Below are positions 56,766 to 64,000 of a stretch of 64,000 nt of DNA, piece after piece. Source of the stretch: an uncultured cyanobacterium (GTDB taxonomy: Bacteria; Cyanobacteriota; Cyanobacteriia; Phormidesmidales; Phormidesmidaceae); the NCBI GenBank assembly GCA_963793265.1, contig CAWBZI010000007.1:96001-160000 (forward strand), in the 5' to 3' direction. Position numbers and translations under genes: made by a program. How positions within the stretch are numbered: position 1 is the first letter of the stretch; every line of letters begins with the position of its first letter. The notes below the pieces were generated by a model, which saw only the letters and a program-made list of their open reading frames with translations, ran no database searches and was not told where the DNA came from.

Positions 56766-57632
56766 CTATTCCGTCTCTAGCTGTTGCACAGAGGGCATTT
56801 GCGGATAGGCTAGCTGCTGCCGGGCGCAGGCTGCTTTTATCCGCAAAACCAAATCTGTTTTATACACAAACTCATTGCGCGCGTCCATCGGATACGACTT
56901 AAGCTTTAGCTTTGTTGCCCAGGGATGCTCTGAAACAATTACTACCACTGGCAGCTTTAGCTGAGTGTAGCGACTGCTGTAGGCCGCCTGATACAAAATT
57001 TCAACCGCCAAATTAATATCAGCTCCGTGGGCAAAGTAAAATGCGGTTACCACCTGAGCCTCAAGCTGACCGCTGTTTGAGTTTGAAATTGGCTCTGTCC
57101 AGGTGGCGCTATGAGGAATCGTAACCGCATTGTCATCCGGGGTTTGTAGCTGCAATCCCCGCAGGCCGTAGTCGGTAACTTCGCCGTAGTGCTCACCGAT
57201 TTGAATGCGATCGCCCATCCGAAAAGGCCGCTCAACTAAGTTCACAATGCCCGCCACCACGGAGCTGGCGTAGTCTTTAAACACGAAGCCCAGCGCCACA
57301 AAAATTGCGCCCGAGAGCGCCAGCACATTTGGCCGGGTGAACTTAATAAACAATGTAAGTAAATAAACGCCTGCACATAAAAGAATAAACCCTCTGATCA
57401 AAGGCACAAGCTGCTTTGTCCGCAATCTATTACGACGCGCCACCTGTTCCGAAAAGTTGTCTGCCGCTGTTTTAATCACCAGCAAAATGCCGTAGGTGAT
57501 GATGAACACTAATATCGCGTGAACAATCGTTCCGACACTAATATCATGGAGAAAATCTCCGATATTATCGATGCCTAAAAAGTCAGACTGAGCTAGCAAA
57601 GCCGCGCTTCTAACAGGAAAAAGGATCATCAT
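56766..57632 (-). CDS. Small-conductance mechanosensitive channel (MscS family)
   Basis: Three TM helices, ALGFVFKD, ERPFRMGDRI, YGEV. Confidence 0.88.
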   Translation of the reverse strand: MMILFPVRSAALLAQSDFLGIDNIGDFLHDISVGTIVHAILVFIITYGILLVIKTAADNFSEQVARRNRLRTKQLVPLIRGFILLCAGVYLLTLFIKFTRPNVLALSGAIFVALGFVFKDYASSVVAGIVNLVERPFRMGDRIQIGEHYGEVTDYGLRGLQLQTPDDNAVTIPHSATWTEPISNSNSGQLEAQVVTAFYFAHGADINLAVEILYQAAYSSRYTQLKLPVVVIVSEHPWATKLKLKSYPMDARNEFVYKTDLVLRIKAACARQQLAYPQMPSVQQLETE

Positions 57633-58835
57633 CTATATTTCTCCAATCAGAAAGTTGTTGTTCTTCAGCTCGCTATAGAGCTTAGGGTAGTGAGCCGGGT
57701 GCATCGCTAGCCGCCGCCCTCGCTGAATGATGATGCCCTCGCGCTTGAGCACCTGGAGGCGATCTCGTATTTTCCTTTCAGCCTCACCCAGGCTCAGCGC
57801 CAAATGAGCCGTGGTCATCTCTTCATGAATCATCAGCGAATGTAGCAAATATCGATCCATCACCTCCAACGTCATCAGGCTTGGCAAAGCCGGTTTTGCA
57901 GGTAGCAAAATCGTTTTCCCTTCAGCCGCAGAGGCACTTTCTCTTACCCGCAAAGACTTTAGCCATAGCCGCGCCGCCGTAGCGCCAATGCCCGACGATA
58001 GGTTACTCAGACTAGCCCAACAGCGATCACTCCCCGCCTCCAACGTCACAGGCGGATCGTCGTCTGCTCCCTCTAAATTCATGACCGTCAGCGCATCGCT
58101 AAAATAAGGCAGCAGCCACGCCTTCAAATCCTCACCCTCTAGCTCTGGCAGTCGGATCGTCTGCTCCAAATACGCCCCTACCTGACACACCCGCTCCAAA
58201 AAGGCCCACGCCCAATGATTGCAGCCAAACACCCAAAATCGGGACGTATCCCGCGTACTGAGCGCCTGCAAATACTCAATGCCCTCCCAGCCCTGAATAC
58301 AGCGTAAAAAGCACTGATCTAATCGTGGTATCACCACAATTGTCGGCAGATCAATGTCCGTAGGCGCGTCATCAGGCTCCAGCTCCCTTTTAATATGCTG
58401 CGGAATCTCTAGCGGGTCGAGCGGACGCTGATACTTTTTTAGGCAAAACTGCACGTGATAGTCTTCAAACCCAGTTTGCAAGCTCTCCTTCAAAATAGCT
58501 GTCACGTCTTCTACCGGCCTGTTGAGCACCACTAGGCTATTAGGGGCGACTTCTGGGTTTGCCTGCCAGGCTGTGATCGCCTGCAATATGGCTGCTTTCA
58601 CTTCAAGCTGACAGGGCGCAGGCGCAGGCAGCTTACCGGCCTTACTTCCTAAGGGGTTAAAAATAGCGGGCGGTACGATAGTCAGCACTTCATCAGCCTC
58701 AGCGCTCGGAGCCGCCTCGCCCCATGCGGCCATCGCTTGCACAGCGGTTCGTAAAAAAGATTGAATGCCCACTGTCAAAGCCCTATCTAGATCATTTGCA
58801 CACGCTTTAAACGTTTGTACCCTCTCAGCAAGCAT
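57633..58835 (-). CDS. Hypothetical protein with C-terminal winged-helix-like segment, adjacent to MscS
   Basis: 400-aa ORF abutting mscS; HLALSLGE...LQVLKREGII HTH-like tail. Confidence 0.7.
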   Translation of the reverse strand: MLAERVQTFKACANDLDRALTVGIQSFLRTAVQAMAAWGEAAPSAEADEVLTIVPPAIFNPLGSKAGKLPAPAPCQLEVKAAILQAITAWQANPEVAPNSLVVLNRPVEDVTAILKESLQTGFEDYHVQFCLKKYQRPLDPLEIPQHIKRELEPDDAPTDIDLPTIVVIPRLDQCFLRCIQGWEGIEYLQALSTRDTSRFWVFGCNHWAWAFLERVCQVGAYLEQTIRLPELEGEDLKAWLLPYFSDALTVMNLEGADDDPPVTLEAGSDRCWASLSNLSSGIGATAARLWLKSLRVRESASAAEGKTILLPAKPALPSLMTLEVMDRYLLHSLMIHEEMTTAHLALSLGEAERKIRDRLQVLKREGIIIQRGRRLAMHPAHYPKLYSELKNNNFLIGEI

Positions 58836-58897
58836 TTTCTACCAATGCGGGCATATCTCAAAGGATTACGAGCAAAAATCTCTATGTTCGAGGTGTA

Positions 58898-61800
58898 TTA
58901 ATTGCTACTGCGGGCAACGGGTGCAGCCGTTGTTGTAATTCGAGTGCGGCTTTGAGACTTCCAGTGCTGATAGCGAAGTAAGGGAAAGGCGGATACTCGT
59001 TTTGCTAAAGACCAGAAGAAGACATAGCTCGCCAGCAGACGTTCGTAGGCGCTGAAACGAGACTCTTGTAGTTTCTCGAAGGCGACTTTTGAGGGAGAGT
59101 TTTCTATAGTTGGGCTAAGGTCACTAGAAAGGACAATCGCGTCTTGAAAACCCTGCTGCGCGATCGCCGGATTGTGGCCCAGCGCAATAATCTCGGCCCC
59201 CGCGCGAGCATTTTGCACACCGATTGCCTGCTTGCCCGTCATAATCACCGCGCTCTCGTCGTCTTTTCGCATGGGGTGCCGCCGCCCGTCTGGGATGCCT
59301 AAAAACACCAGGGTGCCTCTAACGACGCGGTGACCGTAGTGGTGCAGCATGTGGTCTTGCGGGTTGGCGCTGTGTATGTCTATAGAGGCGATGCCGTAGC
59401 TGAGTGAAAAGAGCTTGCTGACGTAGGCTTTTAGCAGCTTATGAACCCAGCGCACGTCTCCAACTACGAGCGAGCGGTTGCCGGTGCGGGCGACAAGCGG
59501 TCTGCCCTGAAAATATCGGAGGGCTAAGGCCCAGAGCCAGGGGCCGAAGATGTAGATGAGGATGTCTCCTAGTGTGAATAGAGGGAGTAGGAGGAGAATA
59601 GAGGGAGGCAGGTTGGCGATCGCAACTATCCCTCGAAACATCGTTTGCAGCAAAGGCATTCCTAGCCCAACGGTAATTAGGATGTAGAGTGCATGAATGG
59701 CCCATGTTGTCGGCGTTTCGGTAATGTGCAAGGCCCACTTTCGACTGCTGCTGACCAACTTTTGATGTTCAAGGGACTTGAAAGGTTTACCGCTGGCGTC
59801 GGTACCCGTAATGGCGGCCACGCGCTGCTTTAGAAAATCATCTTTCATCCGTTCTAAACAGGAAAGATCGTCTGCGGTAAGGGTCATGCCAAACGGCCCT
59901 TGACGGGCGGGAAACTGCTGCCGTAGTCGATCTGCAAGATAAAACAGGAGTTCGGTGAGTGTCGATTGTGTGGCTGCAACCACAACCGTAATCGGTTCAG
60001 CCGTTCTGCGTCCGCTGCTGTTGATGAATATGCGGCGCGTAAAGCTAGAGTCTGGATAGTAGTATTGAGCGATCGCACTTCCCATCAAACTACAAATCTC
60101 GCCAGTCATAATAAACAATTCACCAATTTTTCCCTGCTGACGTAGCCCTTCAAAAGCATTCGTCGCCTGCAGCGTCGGGAAGGTTTGGCCGGAATGGCTA
60201 ATGGCTAACACAATCGAGCTTTTGTCTAGATGCAGACCGCTAAAGCCATCGTGCAGCTTGCGCAACACCTGATTAGAAGAGAGTGTTTTGATACTCAGGG
60301 CAGGAAACAAGGTGTTTAGGTCTTGAGCAAACTGCTCACCGAGCCAGAGGCTGCTCTCAACACCCGTAATCAAAAGATCTAAAGGCTGCTCATAGCTCAT
60401 CGATTCCAGCTTAATATTGATCGTGGCTCGCTGTTTTTGTTCCCAAATTTTAGCTTTTGCCAGCAGCAGCTCAGTCAGATACGCCCCGCTCTGACGATTG
60501 AATGAATGAGGATCGCGCCAGGAAATATCTATCTGGCTAAGCACGCCAGCAATATCTTGAATATCCTGCTCAACAGGATCTTTTGCATTTTCTTTAGGCG
60601 GCAGAATATAAGGATTATCCTGTAGTGGAATCCACCGCTGCTCAAGCTCCGCACCTTGCAGCTCGCGATCTTCTCGCATTGAGTACACTGCAATATTATT
60701 AACGCCGACCCAGGCAATTTCGCCCCATTTCTGATCCAAGTCCAATCGATAGGATCTCGGAATATGCGACAGAACAGCATCCACAGCAGCAGGCTCAGAA
60801 GCATAGACCATGTAGTTATCTTCTACATTAAAACCAGTTGCAATCGGCTGCCCCCACGAGCTAAGTACAAGGCTGTCTTCGCTCAGCGTTGAAGCCGTCA
60901 CCAGGCCGAAGCTACCTTCGGCTCTAGACATAAACAGCTTCGTCGCCTGATACAGGTTGTTGTGAAAAAAGGCATAAACCGCATTTTTGACAAAAGCAGA
61001 TTGTTTTGACGCTGGCCACTGGCTGATAGTGCTGTCCTCACTGAGGGCCTTCAACAGATCTTGCTCAAAGCGGGCCACTTGCTTTCTAGAAAGCTCTAGC
61101 ATTGACTTGGCGTAGGGCAGTAGCAGCGTGCCTTTGTGCTTGAGAAAAATGGGTTTAGCGATCGCACCCCAGTCCTGTATAAGCTGTTCTGAAGGAGCCG
61201 TATTAGGCGCAGTTTTCGCAGGCGTTTCACCCCCAAACGCATCGTCGATTGACTCAGCGATCGCAAGCTGATAGGCCAGTCTTAAAGAAGCCTCCCACAT
61301 TCCCTGGGTGATCAATAAATCCATCAGTCCAGCAATTTTAGGAGAATCGCCCAGCGTCGAATTTGGCGTATGCAGCACCCGTTCAAGCCACAGCCCCAAA
61401 GGCGCATTTTGAATCGCTTCACCGAACAGCGTCCAGGCGTCGAAGTCACCGTTGTGCGTAATGCGGTGATTGACCGTCTTGCGATCGCACACCCACTTCC
61501 CCTGCTCTACCCGCCAAACGTCCGCCTCTTTTGCACCCGTCCACTCATGCCAGTGCGTTTCTACCACCGCAGGCGGACTGCTCGTAGCGTAGCGATAGTG
61601 CCAAACGCCCACAATCGCTTTGTCTAAAGGCTTTGCACCGGCACTCGTCGCTTTCTTCCGTATAGGTGAGAAGGCAGCTTCTAGCGACTGTGTAAGATTC
61701 TTCCGCTTTTGATTAACAACCTTTTCACCGACAAAAACAACCTGATCGCGCCGATCTTTAGCAAACGTAACGCCGCCGCCTGCCTGCTCTCCTCTAATTT

Positions 61801-62401
61801 CAGTCTCGCTGCCCATCGTGTGAAAAATGTCAACCACTCGCGCAGGCAGCAGCTCATCCTCATCTCTCGGCAAGCGCTCTCCTAAAAAACCAAAGTTACC
61901 GCAGTTAAAGCAGGTCGCATGGCCAGTGACAGCCGCTGCAATATCCGAGAGTGAGCTAAGCGCGATGAGGGCGTTAGCGAGTGAGAAAGCAGCGATTAAT
62001 AGGGTTGCTATCTCTCTGTTTTCAGAGGTGTTAGAAATTTGGGGAATGAATAGTATTGAGGCTGAGGCGATCGCATTAAACAAAACGCCGCCTAAGGCTT
62101 TAATCCGAATAGTCCAGGGCGTTAGTTTGCCGCTATCAACCCAAGGGTAAGGGTCGTTGCTAAGTTCAGGAAAGAAGGTAGATGCAAATGGGACACATGA
62201 TTTTGCAACGTTGAGCAAGCTTCTATTTTCAAGAATATTAGAGGCTTTTATAAAAGATAAATCTCGGTCGAGAATAGCAGTGAGTAAAACATGACCTAAG
62301 CCATGAATTATGATAGCAACGTTCCAAATAACGCGGCTCAAAAGGCAAACGATAATGATGTCTGGAGCTATGCCTTCAAAAACTATCGAACAGAGAAACA
62401 T
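58898..62401 (-). CDS. Large membrane protein with class II glutamine amidotransferase-like and SIS-like domains
   Basis: Internal CGNFG, HYRYATS, THNGD; ITGVESS and AISHSGQT (SIS); hydrophobic helices at the N-terminus and near the C-terminal third. Confidence 0.75.
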   Translation of the reverse strand: MFLCSIVFEGIAPDIIIVCLLSRVIWNVAIIIHGLGHVLLTAILDRDLSFIKASNILENRSLLNVAKSCVPFASTFFPELSNDPYPWVDSGKLTPWTIRIKALGGVLFNAIASASILFIPQISNTSENREIATLLIAAFSLANALIALSSLSDIAAAVTGHATCFNCGNFGFLGERLPRDEDELLPARVVDIFHTMGSETEIRGEQAGGGVTFAKDRRDQVVFVGEKVVNQKRKNLTQSLEAAFSPIRKKATSAGAKPLDKAIVGVWHYRYATSSPPAVVETHWHEWTGAKEADVWRVEQGKWVCDRKTVNHRITHNGDFDAWTLFGEAIQNAPLGLWLERVLHTPNSTLGDSPKIAGLMDLLITQGMWEASLRLAYQLAIAESIDDAFGGETPAKTAPNTAPSEQLIQDWGAIAKPIFLKHKGTLLLPYAKSMLELSRKQVARFEQDLLKALSEDSTISQWPASKQSAFVKNAVYAFFHNNLYQATKLFMSRAEGSFGLVTASTLSEDSLVLSSWGQPIATGFNVEDNYMVYASEPAAVDAVLSHIPRSYRLDLDQKWGEIAWVGVNNIAVYSMREDRELQGAELEQRWIPLQDNPYILPPKENAKDPVEQDIQDIAGVLSQIDISWRDPHSFNRQSGAYLTELLLAKAKIWEQKQRATINIKLESMSYEQPLDLLITGVESSLWLGEQFAQDLNTLFPALSIKTLSSNQVLRKLHDGFSGLHLDKSSIVLAISHSGQTFPTLQATNAFEGLRQQGKIGELFIMTGEICSLMGSAIAQYYYPDSSFTRRIFINSSGRRTAEPITVVVAATQSTLTELLFYLADRLRQQFPARQGPFGMTLTADDLSCLERMKDDFLKQRVAAITGTDASGKPFKSLEHQKLVSSSRKWALHITETPTTWAIHALYILITVGLGMPLLQTMFRGIVAIANLPPSILLLLPLFTLGDILIYIFGPWLWALALRYFQGRPLVARTGNRSLVVGDVRWVHKLLKAYVSKLFSLSYGIASIDIHSANPQDHMLHHYGHRVVRGTLVFLGIPDGRRHPMRKDDESAVIMTGKQAIGVQNARAGAEIIALGHNPAIAQQGFQDAIVLSSDLSPTIENSPSKVAFEKLQESRFSAYERLLASYVFFWSLAKRVSAFPLLRYQHWKSQSRTRITTTAAPVARSSN

Positions 62402-62427
62402 TGACCTACCTTTGAAAATAAGATTTT

Positions 62428-64000
62428 TCAGTCTACCGTTGAGCACTCTAAACACGTCTTGATTTTGCTCAGCAAGCGTGGAAAATCAATTGGCTTAGTG
62501 TCGTAGTCATCACAGCCTGCCGACAGCGCTTTTTCGCGATCGCCCGCCATAGCATGAGCCGTCAGCGCAATAATCGGAATACGGCTAGTCTCAGCATCCG
62601 CCTTAAGCTGCTGCGTCGCCTCCCACCCATCCATCACTGGCAGGCTAATGTCCATTAATATGACCTGAGGCTGTTCTGAAACCGCCTTAGCCACACCGTC
62701 TGCACCGTCAGCCGACAGCACAACGTCATAACCTACACGCTTTAACCGGCGAGAGAGCATATCGGAGTTCAGCTCATTGTCCTCAACCAACAAAATTCTG
62801 ATAGGTGTATCTATAGACTCTCCGTCCGCAGACGAGCGTTCTTCAGGGGCTTCAGAGGCTGCTGGTATTTGTTGAAAATAATCTGTTTGTTTAATAGCAG
62901 TTGCTTGCTGATTCTGACTGGCTTGCGCTAGCTCCTTTTGCAGCGTCATCACCTGCTGCTTCAGCGCTTTTTGCTGTTCCTTTAGCTGCGATCGCTCCAA
63001 ACAGCCCATCACTTTTGCACGCAGCATAACCGACTGATAAGGGCGCGTCATATAGTCTGTCGCACCAATTGCGATCGCCCGCGCAACCGCAGCACGATCT
63101 TCAGGGATAGCCATCATCAAAACAGGGATATGCTGCCAGTCAGCTCTAATTTGCGCTAACACCTCTAGCCCACTGATATCTGGCATATTTATCTCTAGCA
63201 AAATGAGATCAAAAGGCGCAAGTGCGATCGCCTCTAAAGCCTGCTGGCTAGAGGATGTAACGGTTACTTGAGCACCCTGATCTTCCAAATGACGAGAGAG
63301 CAGTACGCCGTTGTACGCATCGTAATCAACGACTAAAATTCGACTGCCTTCTATATTGCCTTCTGCGTAGAGCGTTGGAGAGGTCGGTTGTATGGAAGCC
63401 GTAGCACTTTCAACATCTAGTGAACTACCACCGAGCGCCTGAATAGACTCAAAACGCTGCTCTATAGTTTTATCGAGGTCATTTACTTTAGCTAGCAAAT
63501 CCTGCGCTGAAGCATAGATTCGCTCTAGATCAGGAACAAACTCACCGGGCGCTTCTTCTATCAAAATCTCGCAATAGCCAACAATTGTGCTCAACGGCGT
63601 CAGTAGCTCCCGCCTTAGCGTTGGCCCAAGTAGATCAATTTCTTGCTGTTGAATCTCTACTAAAGCCGGATTCAAAACAGCATGGGAGAGGCGCAGTAAT
63701 TGCTCTCCAGACGTCAGCAGCTTTTGTAAGTCGCTCTGCAAGCTCTCTTTTTCACTCACGTCCTGCCGAGCAAGCAGCCCTAAAAGGAGATCGCTATAGC
63801 CAATAATGCTACAAATCGGGGGATCGAAGTCTTGACGGCGAAGCTGAGTTCTCAGGGCTCGCTGCTGGCGATCGCGATCGGGCCGAGCTAAGTCGGTAGG
63901 TACCTTCGGAACCTCTGGGGGTGAAGCTACCGGCACGATCAATTGAGTCATTTTGGCGATGAGCTGCGGCAGGTCAACGGGCTTTGTATCGTAGTCATCA
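62428..64000 (-). CDS. Multi-receiver response regulator with two His-less HisKA-like helices (5'-partial)
   Basis: Frame is open to the window end (DDYDTKPVDLPQLIAK = end of another REC); then pseudo-HisKA x2, atypical REC, and DivK-like REC (LLVEDNE, LMDISLP). Confidence 0.85.
   Translation of the reverse strand, partial: DDYDTKPVDLPQLIAKMTQLIVPVASPPEVPKVPTDLARPDRDRQQRALRTQLRRQDFDPPICSIIGYSDLLLGLLARQDVSEKESLQSDLQKLLTSGEQLLRLSHAVLNPALVEIQQQEIDLLGPTLRRELLTPLSTIVGYCEILIEEAPGEFVPDLERIYASAQDLLAKVNDLDKTIEQRFESIQALGGSSLDVESATASIQPTSPTLYAEGNIEGSRILVVDYDAYNGVLLSRHLEDQGAQVTVTSSSQQALEAIALAPFDLILLEINMPDISGLEVLAQIRADWQHIPVLMMAIPEDRAAVARAIAIGATDYMTRPYQSVMLRAKVMGCLERSQLKEQQKALKQQVMTLQKELAQASQNQQATAIKQTDYFQQIPAASEAPEERSSADGESIDTPIRILLVEDNELNSDMLSRRLKRVGYDVVLSADGADGVAKAVSEQPQVILMDISLPVMDGWEATQQLKADAETSRIPIIALTAHAMAGDREKALSAGCDDYDTKPIDFPRLLSKIKTCLECSTVD

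Overview
Cyanobacterial chromosome segment (HIP1 GCGATCGC-rich; gene content resembles Synechococcus sp. PCC 7335/Leptolyngbya-type strains). 1-25.4 kb is a far-red light photoacclimation (FaRLiP) cluster: psaA2(partial)-B2-L2-I2-F2-J2, rfpB-rfpA-rfpC, psbA3, the apcD5-B2-D2-E2-D3-psbD3-C2-B2-H2 run, and a divergent psbO2-nblA-psbV2 unit. chlF is not in the window. A shared direct-repeat promoter motif (YYYCAT-N5-YTYCAT, candidate RfpB box) precedes five transcription units, including non-photosynthetic genes inside the cluster (USP/CBS-CP12, pentapeptide protein). 25.4-45.6 kb is accessory: a frameshifted A-T-KS-AT-DH-ER-KR-ACP megasynthase with a keto-acid-type loading domain, LeuA-like, fused LeuD-LeuC and Mqo-like genes, and a CHAT-TIR-AAA_35 / AAA_35-TM-WD40 NLR-like gene pair flanked by three toxin-antitoxin-like loci whose toxins are truncated. 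45.8-64 kb holds ictB, a hydrolase, a sugar dehydrogenase, GT2, P450, a MoxR-DUF58-transglutaminase operon, MscS, an unusual membrane/Ntn-amidotransferase/SIS protein and a partial multi-receiver regulator. No rRNA, tRNA, CRISPR array or transposase was recognised. All calls come from reading motifs by eye; no database searches were run.
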